Under the pieces are notes generated by a model. It was not told the DNA's origin, did no database searches, and saw nothing but the letters and a program-made list of their open reading frames with translations. A stretch of 64,000 nucleotides of DNA. Origin: Catajapyx aquilonaris (Eukaryota). Positions 36,101 to 50,800 of the stretch are shown here, in pieces; the stretch's first letter is position 1; the number at the start of each line of letters is the position of its first letter. The DNA lies in contig KZ539380.1 in the NCBI GenBank assembly GCA_000934665.2, positions 1 through 64,000 of the forward strand, in the 5' to 3' direction. A program made the position numbers and the translations under genes.

Positions 36101-39100
36101 TGAAACGGCCAGTTGACCTATAAATCATAACCTACACGGATTTTATTACGATGTCAGCTGCCGGAACAAGGCTCCCTTCCTTGTCCTAGGACTTGGTCAC
36201 GACTTGCGACTGTCCTGCTGACTTGTGCACTATAGTGTTGCGCTATGTTTTATGTTCAACTATGTATAGCATGTGCATGATGCTATTGATTTTTTTTGGA
36301 AACAACTTGAGCCTTAAAATATGTCATAAAACGTCCGATATTAAGCGCTCATGAGCCTGCGGTGGACTTGAAAGTTTAGCATTAAAGAAGCTCAGATATT
36401 CCTTTAAGTTACGGAGCATATTGCATTTTACAACCCAGTGTTCCTTTTTTATGGTTAATTGAGAAGATCCTAAGATCTTATTGTTTCCAAACTCCTGGCA
36501 CAGTACTCGAAAATGCATCCGTGGGATTATTAAAATATTTTCACCATGCAGTATTTCGTGTTTTTGGTTGTTTAAAATGTACAGTATACAGTTACGATCA
36601 TCTGATGGAGAGGAAGCTTTGGCAGCAGTTTGAACAAGTTTAGTGTAAACCAGGTGGTAATGTCACTGCCCCAATGCGAAAATACGCTATTATACGGTAT
36701 AGAGTACATTGGTTATGACTTCCCATACACTGTATATAATCACATATTCACATTGGGGCAAACACATCACCAGATGTACTGTACACTGAACTTGTTGAAG
36801 CTCCTGCCCAAGTCCGACTCCATGCACGCGACTGTTGGTATGCCTACAGTACTGTACCTCTTGTAGGCGCATTCGTATCTTCACAAACTAGCATCAGTGT
36901 CTTTCCACACTTGACTGGCTTCTATTGCATTATCCAAGTTCGCAGTCAATGGCTCTCGTTTTATAATTTCTGAAAATGGAACTCTTTTATTGTATATTGC
37001 ACATTTTTAGCGTACTAATCGTGGGGAAAAATTGCTCATTTAATTACCAAAAATCCGGCGGACTTAATTATGTATTTGTTGCAGATTTTACAAATGAAGA
37101 ACTCCACTCTAAATGGTCCCGATAAAAGGCCCTACAGTACCCGGAAATCTAACTTCATTAACTTAACCTTCCCAAACCTAATCTTATTATGCTAGTAACC
37201 GAACCTATAATCTATTCTACCCGAATTAGACCCAAATTAACCGCTAATTTGCAGTTTATTTGGATCTGAAGGGGGCAGCCGTGGGCTTCACTGTTAGATA
37301 TTTGTAAATTGTAACATTTATTTGTGCCTGTATGTTTTTCCAAAATTAAATCACACGCATGCACCATTTCACACGTACACAAATTTTACAGCCATCTCCC
37401 CCATTTCAGGACGATAAGCGGTACACTTAAATCGGTAACTTATACAAAAAATAATGCAACATACGAGACTTTAAAACTTAAAATAGCGAGAGGTGATGCA
37501 TATTGCCCGTTTTTCCCCAGTCTACAGGGAAGGCTGGACACCCTTATAAGGGGAAATATAACTTGGAATATAGTGTATTGCAGTGAAGTCTGTCTCTATC
37601 TCTATGTGACTCTGGCTGCAGAGAAAACTTTCCGTCATGAAATGTTTATTTTGGTGGCGGGGTAGGATTTTCAGTGTATTCCTGATGCCGCATATAACGC
37701 AAACCTATATTCAGGAGGGAATAATTTGCGGAACCAAGCGATCCCGCCAGACAGCTTGAATTCTAATATTGAAATTTTGGGAAAAAGCGGATGGCCCTAA
37801 TGTAATCTGACAGTTAGTCTACTGCTGGATCGTGAGAAAGAAATGCATCACCAGTATCTGCAGTATAATATTTTTCCTCCCATGGTCACCATTACCGCCC
37901 TTATACAGAAGTTTTCAGTTTCAGGCGAGCAGTGGGCTGAAAACCTACTATAGCTCTTTCCAAATACCGAGCATTATTCCTCATGTGTCCCTTGAGACAT
38001 ATTCATCTTTCTTGTGGCGCGTATGCTTTCTCTTATCCTTATCACTTGGTAACGTTCCGGGGCAAAAATCCATGGAGGTTTGCTCTAAATGACAAATTTG
38101 TGCCTAATGTGTTGATATGTCCGCCGTGAAAGGGGTTAGCCGTACAAAAGAACTTAAGAGACCGCTTTTTACTACTTGTAAAATAAGTTTTTAATGCGCG
38201 CCATTTGAAAGTTAACGCATTACTGGTAATGCTACTAGAACTGTTACTAGCCCTGGTTGAGCTTGAATGTGCCAACCTTTCCTGCATCAGCTATAAGGTG
38301 CTTATTTTAAAGGAGTGGTTATTTTTAGTGGGTATCAAAAATGTTACCTATTCAAGTTCAGAATAGCAATGTATTACCTAATGGGAATAATGGCCCTTTG
38401 GAACCATTGGCATCGAGCGTATATGATTGAATCAAATTTTTGCAGGCCGAACCCTCTTCCTGTTTAGCGGCTAATACTTTTGATAACCACGTTAACTATT
38501 CAAAAGTTACTGCTTAGAAATATTCAGCTTATACAGGTAAAAAAAATAATCACAACCTTACAGGCCTTATCAATGAAAACACCCTGTATAGAATACAAAG
38601 AACAGTCACATCTGAAATATTGGAGACTCTTGTATGGACATATGATTGGCGCAAATAACTCACCTCTGCTAATATTGATAATTTAGCAGTACGCGAAGCC
38701 TTTACGGACGGATTAGGAAACTAATTCTGAGAGAGCAGTCTTATATCTGGATTTGGATGAACAGTACATTTTTAATGTAATTAATAATGAACACTTTTGG
38801 TTAATGGTTAATGGTAAAATTGCGACTCCATCTAAAGCAGTCGTAGCATCCTACCGTGCTTGTCATGGACCGAGAGTTTTTGCAGAGCAGCATATTATAC
38901 TGTAATACTGTATTTTCAAAATTCAAAATTGACATTAACTTATAGCCTTGCTTTAGCATTGTACTTGTACAATCTCATGAAAAGTGCTGGCAGTATTATT
39001 AAGTGTCCGAGGCCAATGCTTAAGCTATATATCAGTTACATTGTTCAACGCACAGCGAACCCCCTGGCTTAGTCATCATAATGACATTATTCAGCAGTCA

Positions 39101-40419
39101 CTTTTTTGACAGAGTTAGAGATAATAATTAATGTACATGAAATCGCTCTTTAGTACTTACAACTTATATAATAAAGGCCTTGTAAAGGTACTCGAGTTAT
39201 AATCGGTAGGCTCCGTATCAGCAGAAAATTGGACATTATAATAATGCGTAATAATGTTAAAAGACAATCCCTCATTGGCGTCATGTCATAATTATGTATA
39301 TCTCTTTGCGTAATTTCTTTCTGTAAAAGTGCATGCTTAGGCTGCATAGTCATAACGACAATCTTGCTCATTCCACATTCCAGTAGTTTCGAGCGATCAT
39401 ATCTCCCATGCAGAGTAATGAAGGGACAGAAACTAACAGCACGCAATGTAAAATAACGAACAGGTTAAATTTAATTGAGTATTTTTTTACTTGGTTACCG
39501 GGATTAAAGCTGTACTAATTGATTGTGCATAAGCTTCAAATCCGAATCGATACAAACACCATTAGGGCAGAACTTAGGCCTACTATACAGTGCATTTTGG
39601 TGGCAATTGAGCATGTATTGATTGGAGCATCAGTCAGTTTGGTAGAGAAAGAGTCTCTCTCCTCTCTCTGCAGACTCTCTTCGATAATTCTCCATTACAC
39701 TGGACAACTGCCGATCCTTAAAGCTCTGAACCTTTTATTCCCTAACATCAGGGCATAGTAGCTTCTTCTTTCGCCTTTTTCCCGTCTGTTGAGCTCAGGA
39801 AGCGTATGAGATAAGTGATCGATGATACTTCTGTGTCAGACTAGCCATTTGTCCGGACTGAAAAGTGATATGTGATTCGTCACTTTTTGGCGTCATTTAT
39901 ACTGAATGAATACTCCATGAAACTTGAGCAGACCTCGGCATCTTCGAGCCATACCATCCTATACAGCTATACTGTAGGCGTGGTCACATCTCAGTTTTAT
40001 TAAAGTATAGTACGTAAGTAGCTTACAGTACGAGTATATGCAGCTGTTCAATGTTTGGTTTAACAATGTAATGTGTGTGTGNCAATTGAGTTTATTTTCA
40101 TATCGATTCCCTGCTGAGTTTGGGGGTGCTCTGATTTGAATATTGCCACAAACGACTCGAAGTGTGACAAGAATTATTTTCATCATTTTATCAGTTGTTG
40201 GGACAATACCACGATAGAGTGGAATTTTTTTTCTATTCGAGTTCATTTGAATTGGAATGTAATACCGGTATGTAAGGATGATTGCGTGCACTTAGGATGG
40301 CTATTTTTTATCGATATACTCGATGTCATGACGAAGCCTAAGCGTGAACAATTCTAAATCTGAAATATTTGTTCTGGGAATGCAGTAATGAAGTGCCGTC
40401 GAATTTGCATATGGAAGGT

Positions 40420-40650
40420 TATTCATACGTTAGTCCTGCTGGGTGACTTGAACTAAAACGGCAATAGGTATGTGGAGGTTCAAGACGAGAATCTTTGTCT
40501 TTGGATCGTGACTACAGTCTGTCTACAGGCAAAATCCAAGATACCTACTTAGCTCCTGATGCTGCTTGACATGAGAACCTGCTCAGATATCATCTTTCGG
40601 AGAACAGGCGAGACTGCTGGCCTATGATCCTGGAAATTAGGCAACCGGTC
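40420..40650 (+). mobile_element. Degenerate AP/EEP endonuclease remnant (LINE- or Helitron-derived)
   Basis: Stop-interrupted frame reads LVLLGDLN ... IPT ... TCSDIIF, resembling the GDFN and TCID motifs. Confidence 0.3.
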
Positions 40651-43600
40651 TGTCATGTGCTACTTATGATGCGCCGCGCCGTCCCAGAAACCCAAGCGCA
40701 ATGATAGATATTCTACAATAGCTACATGTTGTTAGGCGCCTTGTCAATTTACATCTTCAGTTACAGTCATAGTTCTGATTATATATTACCGACAATTATG
40801 ACAGGAGAATAGGAGGTAGATTTTAGGGTGTAGCTACCATTCGCAGTCGAATTCGATTGGTATCTTCGAGTGGAAGAATGAACTTAGAAAAGCACAATTG
40901 GAAACGGTAGTGGCGAGTGATTTGGTTTAATACGATTAGAAGCGAGCGTGGAATTGAGTGCGCACTGTCGAGGTACAGCCCGTATAAGCTGACAGCGGCA
41001 CGGCTTCCACTCCACGTCAAGAGGACTATTAGGTTTTCACCATCAACCGTTTAATCCCGAAGTATTGTCCCTAGTAATATAGTAGTTTTTTCCCCCTTAT
41101 TAATGATAATCACATGGAGTAAGCCAGCCAGGATTGGCTTAATTGGGGATCCGGTCGATTGCACCGCATATTGCAAATACGCCGCGTTTTCGAATTGCGG
41201 TAAGCAGTGCAGGTTTCGGCGTGTGTGGTGCATAGGAACCTGATGCAACGAAGGGAAGCGGGATGTAGGCTAATACATCCGATATTTTTTCCTTTTCCAA
41301 ATTTGAGATGAAAGGGGAGTTAAGTGACTTTTCGTGTTTTACTACTCCTGGGCTCTCCATTACTTTTATAGCTATTTCCATACTTCCATATTAAATGTTC
41401 CTGAGGGGCATTGTTCCCACAGCATGCCGCACTTGTTGAAACAAACTCTTCTCAGTTTGTTCTCTACTTCAACAGCGCATTACTTCAGAGTGTGCTGACA
41501 AAACTTTGCAGTTATTTGTTCTGTTGATGTTCTTAAAATTGACTAGGCTAACACAAATGAAAGCTTTTAAGTGACATCGACATGACAACAGTTTCACGTA
41601 ACAATTGAAAATGCAGTATTCAGACGGTTATCAAGAGGATATGGAGCAGTTGGGAGAACTGCGACAGAGTTTAACTCGACTGTGACTGGCAATCTGGCCT
41701 CATTACTCTGTGTATAAGCATAATGAAAGCGGAATAATTCAATCAGCTTTACGTGGCTGCTCAGGCAACCTCCCTTCTGTGATTTTGTACCTACTTCAAG
41801 CTGCACCCACTTTGTAAAAAAAAGTGTGGTTGTTAAAAGTGGGGTGGGGGGTGGCGGGGATTCTTTTGGCTTTGAACCCCCCGCACGGTCCGGCGTATAA
41901 CGTATACACTACAAGGTAGTTTAGATGATGGAGTGGTGTGGGAGGTTCAGGTGGTTTTATGGATTGTATTATTCAGCTGGTATATGGAGGATAGCGATGT
42001 GGGGCTGAACGCAAGGGCGCTTGTATTCAGTGTATCGACTTTGCTAGCGAGCTGCAAGGGTGTTCCCCTCTAATTATCCCAATATCATCCTGCCCATGTG
42101 ATATTATTTGATATTGACTCACCTGGGGTTGTTAAACGCGAGGAAATACAAGTGCCTATCGGTTTGGAAGGGATCGGGTTTTTCAATTGACTGGCATACT
42201 GTTACAGAATATTTTTTTTATTATACTTCTGGTTTTACTGAGCAATTTTAATAGGGAGTTACACACGGAACATATCAGAACATTTCTGGACAACCCCCTG
42301 ATAATTATGCGACATCACGGCGACTACACCGCCAATTGAAAGTGTATATCCACATAGCCTATTAAGTAGGTTATATTACAGGGCTCTGAGACACGGGAGA
42401 TTCAGTTCGTTGAAGGTTACCCTGCTTGTAATTACAACAAGAGCATTATTCAGGCGAAGGTTTACTATTCGACACTGTATAGGCCTACAAAGTAATTATT
42501 AAAACAGTGGTCCCCAAACTTGTTCGGCAGAGGGCAGTTAGAGTCTCTGCTCCACAGGTAGCGTGCGCTTTCATATGGTACAGAGCATAACAAAATAACA
42601 AAACGATAATAGTGCAAGGCCTGAAAATATCAAGAGCTTAAGAATTAAGTCTAGCCTTTGACATTATGATGTTGAAGAGATTGGAGGTAGGGCCTGTTAT
42701 GCGCTCCCCACCATAGCGTTTATCATATACATAAGTAATCCTGTCACAGTCTTACATCGAGAATTAATTTGCTACGTACAGTACATTTTCTTTCCAACCC
42801 TTGCATTCTCTCTCTACTTGGTCTTCTAGAAGTTGGTCGACTTTAGAATGACCTTATTTTAGGGGAGGAGTTGGTTTTTTTTTTGTTCTTTTCTTTTTTC
42901 GTATCGAACTATTTTGGGGGATCAAGTTAAGAGGAGAGCACAAAATAGTTATACAACTGCAGTATGGGGAAGATTGAATTCGCGGAGTCAGTCCCACACA
43001 GGCCTTGCCAAATGCTACAGCTATGTCACTGTAATTGGGGGCCGGTATGTGAAAGCGAATGAGGGAAAATTTTAAATTTTGTGCACGTATTGACAATACA
43101 CAATTGTAGATTTCCTCCTAAATGTGTTGATACAACGGGCTCTAAATTACAGCAAACTATATAGAGAAGCTTTCACTAAGGATGGTACTTAAAATTAGAA
43201 TTATATCGTGTGTCAAATATTGTGTCCATGTATCTCCCACATCTCAGAACATATATGGTGAAAGCGTTGTAGGCTCCCTTCACATGTTTACAACACAAAC
43301 ATACCAACCATGAGTTGGTATTTTTACATAATGCTAGTATTTCTTTACATTATTTAAATTCATTTTGTCTATGTGTAATCTACTTCTTTGTACAATAGTG
43401 TAAAAATAGAGATGGTCGCTTTTCGATTCTCTTCACACTATTCAGTGATGGCTGTTGGTCGCTGTAGAAGTAGTATACTTGGACAGTCTTCCACATGAGT
43501 TCCGCGCAAACATACGTTTCTTGAACGAGATCCCTCACTACTCTTTCGCCTAGTAATTCTCACAAATCCGCTTTTAACTCCGCCATTAAAAAGTACCGTG

Positions 43601-44602
43601 TCTGACAACGTCCGCAGCATCAGTGCTTCTTAATAGAACTGCAAAATATTACTCCTCGCAGGATTAATTCTTTTGTCATCCCCCCCAAAAAGGTATTAAT
43701 AACGATTATTAAAAGATCTAGCCTTTTTGAAAATGCAGAATTTGAACTTGAATAATTTTTTGTCTAACTTTGTTGCTTTTTGTGAACTACTTACATCCTC
43801 GTATATAACCAAATCAGTTACTTCTCTTCATAAATTTAAACTCGAAATTGGTGACTGCTTGATGAATATATTGTAATTCCTCTGACAATGAGTCGAGTAC
43901 ATTTTCATATGGTGCTGGATTTTATGCACAACTGAGTCCGTGAAAATCACACATCAAATACGTTAAGAGACGAAACAGATGTATAAGGAAATACTGTACG
44001 ACAATAATTTACCTCCTACGATGAGAAATTATGCCACGTTTGAAGCACTGCACAGTTTGAAGTGATACAGGGATAAAAATTCAGATTACGGAACATAGAA
44101 ATTCCCTACATTTAGGAAATGCATGATTTCTTTACAGAAAGTGTATACGAGTATTGTTCAGTGTGAAGCAACATTGTAAATAGACAGCCTCTCAAATTGA
44201 TCCTTGGGTAACTAAATGATCAACATTGGCAACCCATACCATAGTTGTGTATGGTGCATTTTACGTTACCACAGGAAAATGCGCTTCTTTACCACAGTTA
44301 TGTTCCACCATGTCATGGAAGCTCATAGTCTTAAGTCCGCGGGTTGCGAAATATACAATTCTCTGCAGCTGCTTACACGCGTCTTTTTTGCAGTTATCAG
44401 GGAAGTAGCTGTGTGCCTACAATGTTGCTTAATTCTGTACAAGTGGAATGGTTGAACTGAGAGTACGCAGCACTTATTCCCGAGGTGAATAAATAATTAT
44501 AATTATAATAGAACGATGACATCTCCTGTCGGAATTAGACGTAGGTGACGACAACATTATCTGAGTAGAAACCAGCATAAAACGACCAAGTACATTTTCA
44601 TT

Positions 44603-47600
44603 TCACACCGTAGTGAGTCCGCACTCGCGTCCGGAGGCTACCCCGGACGCCTTGACCACTCTCACGTTGTCCCCGTCAGAAATCTTGATCTGTATCGTGT
44701 TGTGGTCCTGTTTGGGGACATCTGCGGCCGACTTCCAGAAGCGAGGTATCCTCAAACAGAACAAGCTGGAGGAGGAGTCCTTGGTCGGACTCTTCCCGGA
44801 TGGTCCCTCTGGAGAGACGCCCTCCTCCTCCGCCTGCTGCTGTTGCTGTTGCTGCTGTGGCCTGAGATCCAGCAAGGTGAGCGTCTCTGGCGGTCCTCCG
44901 GACAGCCTGGTGGTCAGCAGCGACCTGGTGCGGTGCAGCTGACCCGTGGACTGGCTCTGCAGCTGGTGAGGGTGTCGTTGCTGGTGCTGGTGGTTGTTGA
45001 CTCGCGTCCTGGACCGGTCCCCGTACGTGCTGGACCAGTGCCGGGACAGGTTGGTGAGGGACGGGGTGCCGTTGCGGTCGGGAACGGCCAGGTACTTGGA
45101 GGACCGCGGGCTGGAGCTGCTGCGGTGCGTCGAAGCCCGCGACAGGCGACGCATGGAGCCGCCCCAGAGCCTCGGGGAGCTGCCCTGGGTGGTGTCCTCC
45201 AGGCTGCTGCACACTGTGTTGTATTGGCTCAGAGAGTGCAGGGGACTCGGCTGCTTGTACCACCTGCGGATGAGAGATGGGCGACGAAGGAGGAAGATTG
45301 ATCAGTGAAGATTAATTGCCTGACGATGATTAAGACTAGGGGATGATACGACAGCTTCCAACTCTTTTTAATGGGTCGCGGCTGCTTCTTGCGACAAAGT
45401 TTGAAGGTGGGCTGATAAGAGTAATAATGGCCTTCCTGCCTGTTTCCAAGGCGGAAGGTGCTGCGCTTCTCATTGTCGAGTTTTGGCTCAGGTCCAGCTA
45501 GCTGTCTCTTCCCAGCATGCATCACGAGTTCAAGTGAACAGTTTTTTTTTGTTTTTTTTGTTGCTGTCAAACTACTCTCCTCTGTTTCCTACTGCGGAAA
45601 CCATCCCTCGTTAAGCTTGGATCAGTTCTACGAATTGTACTGTACAAAATAATCTGTATTAGGGACGAGTTTGTAGTGAAGATGGAAACAGTGTACTATA
45701 TCGCTCAAAAACATAGAGACGATTTTGCATATAGTACAGTACGTATTGGATGTTTTTTGAAGCATTTCTTACTAATGAACATTGTAGATGTCATTTAAAT
45801 AGAGAACTAGAAAAACCCTCGCTTCGCTCGCTCTTTTCTAGGCCTGCGGCCTGGGGTTGTCGTTAATGATGACCATCCAACAACTATATCCTCATCATAC
45901 TCTCCTCCCTCCCGCCTGCCTGCTCAGTTTGAAAATACGGTTCCTATCTGTGGTTCCAATGATGGCTATGATTGAAGATGGCGAACCGATCCTACCCAAT
46001 GTTACCCATTGTAAAGGCCAAACCTTTGCGCAGGGCACCTTATTCGTGATTTTTCAGATTAACGGCGCATTTCGCGACAATCGCGACAAAAAAATTAAGT
46101 TCCCTTCGAAACGCGCCTATCGTATTTTTGCTGACTGCGCCGCCATAACCATACACGTCCACTACGATTTTAAATTTATAGATTCATGAATACTTTTGGG
46201 ACATTTTCTCGGTTAGTATAATAATTAGAGATAATCATTAGAAAAATTAGGGTGAACACTAAAATGCAGCACGTGTGTACTTGAAAAATGGCTTACTCGT
46301 ACCGTACTGTATACATTTTACAGGTCTAACTAATAGCAACACCAGAGACTTGAAAGAGAACCGCGCTTTGATGTCAGTATCATTTGTGGTGTAACAATGA
46401 GCCAAAAGCACGTACTTTTACAACCGGTATAAGGAAGTTAGCTTTGACAGTGCATGTTTTATGCAGCTCTTTTAATATACGTAAACCATTGATAGACAAA
46501 AAGAAAGACAAAAGGAGTTTTTCTCTTTCTGGCAATGGAAAGCCAGTGGCGTTCTCTTTGAATAGGTGGTAATCCAATATTGGAACGCACTTCGTTTGCA
46601 CTGGCTTGACTCCCTCGTGCTTCCTGCTTTCCCTGGGTGGTGGACGCATAGCTCCCCCTGTCTGGTTCACGCTCACTTAATCTTTTCAAGTGACAAATGA
46701 GTGCCTGTGGGTATGTTTCCTATCGTGCAACCAGATTAGCGCCAGTCTATTTAGCTTCCTGATGAAAGAGCGCGGTCTCGTTCAGCTGCTCTTCCTCGCG
46801 CGCAGCAGGAACTCTGGACACCTCCCACGTTGACAGGTGTCACTAGCGTTCTTGTCAGTGCCAAAGTTATCTAACCTCAGCAGCAGATTGTAAAACAGAA
46901 AGCCTGGTCGTTTATTCAAATTCTTTCAGTCGGTGCATAAGTCAGTGTTCCTTCGGAGCCTGTTTCATTTAGATGGTGACGTGTAGCCTATTTTTAAAAT
47001 TGTAAATTCTAATATAACACACATTTCTGTTGGGTGATCCATGCGGACGAATTGACCTAAGAGAGTTTGCAAGCAACTGAAAGGGGCGATCAATAAGGTT
47101 CATCAGCATAATTTGATTGATTTTATACTGGAGCGGCCTATCGTGCAGCCTCGTGCAAATGTGTAAGCAAGAAATACGTACCAGGGCAGGAAGGTGACGA
47201 GAAAGGTCTTTCGATACTTGTCACTAAAGGCGCAGTAAAGCATGAAATTGCAAGAAGCGTTGATGGCCACCAGGAAGTTGAAGATGTTCCCAAGGCCTCT
47301 AAGCAAAGCAGCGACGTTGGAGTCTCTGGGTGGCTCGTAGAAAGAGGTGTAAATGAGGGTGAAGGCTGTGGGCAGTTGGCAGATCATGAAGAGCATGACC
47401 ACTGCTATTAGCGTGATGGTGATCTTATTCTCTTGGCTCTGCGCATGGTCGCCCTTGGTCTCTCCCTGGGTCATCTTGCATCGGACCTTTCGGCTTTGGC
47501 GCACGGCGTGGATCAAGAAGGAGTTGAATATTGCCAGCAGGAACAGGGGAAGGATCATGAATGTTACTCCCGTGAACCAGTAGTAGATGGTACGGTACGT

Positions 47601-47854
47601 CAGGTTCTGTCCGAAATCACTGAAGTGGGCTTCGATGCAGCAGGTGCCGTTCGTGGCGTCACCAGCTTCGTACCGCTCCACTGCCACCCACTCGAACGGG
47701 GTTGTCACGGTGCACATGAAGCACACCAGGTACACCGCCACGATCACCTTCTTGGCTCGAGACTCGGTGCACAACACCTTTCCCCGCATGGGATGACACA
47801 CGGCGATGTATCTCTCCACCGTGAATGACACCGTCAGCCATACCGACGTATTTG
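44603..47854 (-). CDS. Class A neuropeptide GPCR, proctolin-receptor-like (FMRFamide/proctolin/sex-peptide receptor group), 5'-partial
   Basis: Exon 47182-47854 encodes TM3-TM7 (NTSVWLTVSFTVERYIAVCHPMRGKVLCTESRAKK; ITITLIAVVMLFMICQLP; INASCNFMLYCAFSDKYR). It splices in phase 2 to exon 44603-45263, a long Ser/Gln-rich tail ending GLTTV*. No TM1-TM2 exons were found up to base 64000. Confidence 0.85.
45807..46182 (-). mobile_element. Non-autonomous Helitron-like element (376 bp)
   Basis: Minus strand begins A|TCTATAAATTTAAAA and ends AGGCCGCAGGCCT (hairpin)...GCGAGCGAAGCGAGGGTTTTTCTAG|T: 5'-TC, 3'-CTAG, A|T target, no TSD. Confidence 0.65.
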
Positions 47855-50800
47855 CTGGAATAATAAAAGACACCTGAATGCAGCGTCATACTCTAGGAAG
47901 ATGGAAGTTACTGCTGTATTTTCGGACCACATTCTAAATTATGCATACACATTGGGGATTTTTTTTTGCTTTGCGAGCAGATAAACAAAGTTGCAGATAA
48001 GTGCTGTTATTGCAAGTTCATGGGTGCAGCCAACAACAACAATGTATGTAATGCCCGTCAGCGTGGTTGTTTCCTACCACATGTGCAACCCAAGCAGCTT
48101 TTCATGGCGCCACGTTGCCTGCAGCCAAGGATACTAAAAAGCGGAGGGAGGGGGTTTCATTTCGCCTGCTGCATGGTACTGTACCGTAATACACAACAAC
48201 ACTATGAACACTGCCGCACGCGGTACAGTTACAAACCTCCGGTAGTTTTGCATACAGTATCAAATTGCCCCCTTGTTTGGCCTGCAGTTTGCGGCGGTGT
48301 GCCAAAAACACATGCGGTGCATAGTATTGGTTTTCAAGTGTAATCAGGTTCTTGTATATACATGCGTAGGTATTTGATGAATGGTAATCGCGTAAAGAAT
48401 TTAACATCACAGCCAAACGAGCCGCGGCCTGATTATTTGCACGAGTGCACTTGTATGGCAGGGAGAGCCTGCGAAAGACAAAAACTTGAGGATCGAATGT
48501 CAATGTGTCAATGTGTGCTCAAGGCTGACTTGGCCACGGGATGATCTGGGCTTCCTGTTCTCTAGGGCTTGTTTGGGTACACAACTTGATCTGTTTGCTG
48601 GAAGCGTCAGGGGCTAACGCTCCCAGTTAGTTTGTTGGAGGTGACAGCATGGGAAGGTGGAGAATGGTTGGGAGAGGAGGCAAAAAAGGAAGTGGCTGCT
48701 GCAGGAGCTCGCAGGAAGTTGGGGGTGGTCCTCCATGGATCTTAGAAGCAGCCGCAGACTCCAGATCAATAGGAAGTGGTAGTTGCTGGCTGATGTTTGC
48801 AGTAGGCTGTCATTTGCTTAAAGAGGTGAGCGACGAAATGTGGGAGTGGATTTGAATGGCAAAGCAAGCCGGCTCGCTTTTTGCCTGCAGCGGCCCTAGC
48901 TTCCGTTAGTAAAAGATACCTCGGGAAAGTACAGGAAGGCCTTTGATTTAACCTGGACCAGAAGCGATTCTGCTGCCCAAGGCAAAAGGGGTGGTGGTGG
49001 TGGGTTGGAGTCGGCGCCATCGATCCTCACCATCATCTCAGGAGATCAGAGCATGTGTCTCTGCTTCCCATTCCTCCGCACTCTGGACATTAGGGGATTC
49101 TTTTTATCGCCACAGGACATCTGCTACTTCTCTTTCAGTTTCATCACTTTGAAAGCTTGACGGTTTCATAATAGTTCGGTGAAACTGTGTAGTTTCTCAC
49201 ATCGTGTCAGACCCATCATTGCAAAGCATATTCGCTGCACCATGTTGCTGCTGTTATCTAAACTCGAAAGTTCCTTTTGGAGTACAGTTCTACAATAGTA
49301 ATCCGTAATGCAGAGCAACGGTTTAATTCAGGGGCATATTAACTGCAGCAAAAGTAGCTTAGGTAGTGAAAAATGGAGAGGATGGAATAAGCTGGAAGGA
49401 ATGGTTTGGGTTGTGAGACGGAAAGTGAGATTCCTTTGCTCGGCAGCGAAAAGTGAAAAAGTAGGCTATATCGTAACTGAGGACAGTAGTTATTATTTCA
49501 TATGGGAACCTTTCTATAACTGGATGCAATTAGCAACCATTACGGAAATTTTGTTTGGTTTTTGTGGAACGGAGCTTCGCCGTAGTTTTTTTGTTGATTT
49601 TTAAATGAGCTCGCATATAAGTGAGATTCCTTTATATAGTACACCAGTATAAACTGGGATCCTACGCTTCCCCGCTCGTGAATTTTAGAACGTCCTCTAT
49701 ATGACCAAGAGGTCTAAATATCTGGGATATATTTCACCTCTTGAGGCGAGCAGTAGACTGCTCTTGTGGTATGCCGTGAGACACTCGGAGTTTTTAGAAA
49801 AGAAACGCCGAAACGTGCCACAATAAATAAGGACAGTATTGCGGTGGGTTAGCTGCAGAAGAATGTTCAGCGTCATAGCCAGAACTGCGGTAGTATAGAA
49901 GTCGGACACTTGAAAGGTGGCAGTATTAAAAAGGTAACCGGATAAAACTATTTTGGTCACCAATGTGTATAACTATGTTATCCCTAATTAGCCGTAGCAC
50001 AGATTTTACCCGCACAGATTTGACGAAGTTTGTCAAATTCGGCATGTGGTTAAAACCCTGTACATGGCAGTGCAAATTTTTGAAGCTTAATTGAACCCTT
50101 AATCACATGAACATTACCTCTCCAGGGAAGCAAAATATTACGTTTCGACACATAATGATGAGCTCCCCTGCGCGCGGCGTGAGTAGGCCCTACACTATTA
50201 CCTCCACATAAACATTTCATTTTATTCCTTTCTAGATATTGGCCGACGGACTGTAACACTAAACAGTCTGATTGAAAGGCTCACTAACTGACAAAAATTG
50301 TACACTAGCCATCTCTCTACAACGACAATCCTCTCTGTGGTCCTTACTATAAGTCACTGTGGACCCATATTTTCTCCGTGTCTCGTGCATATACCCGTAC
50401 TTTTACTAGCCTGAAGTCCAGTGTTGGCTCATATGCCCTCATTACATTAATGAATACTGAAATTGTATGAGTACGTGAATACGTTACGTAATTGGCGCAA
50501 TTTGCACACACTAATTATAAACACCGCTCTAAAACCTTGTCCATTTGTGTGGATTGTTACATTTGCACCTGCAGCATCTCCCCTTTCAGCCACAATTCCG
50601 GTCCGCAGACCCGAGTGTTTCGCTAAAAGTCTATGGCATGTATCACTGGCCAAAAACAAAGTCCGTGCAATAATTCATAAGAAGTAAGCAGTATACCTAA
50701 TTATGATACAGTGTGTGCAGATTTTCTATAACAATGAAATCCTGACACATCTGGAAATGGTAGTTAAATAAGCAACATTGAAATGTATAATTTACTCTTC

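Noticed and set aside
44613..45308. Long antisense and alternative-frame ORFs (195-199 aa)
   Set aside because: Shadow ORFs of the GC-rich GPCR last exon; the splice phase selects the 44603 frame.
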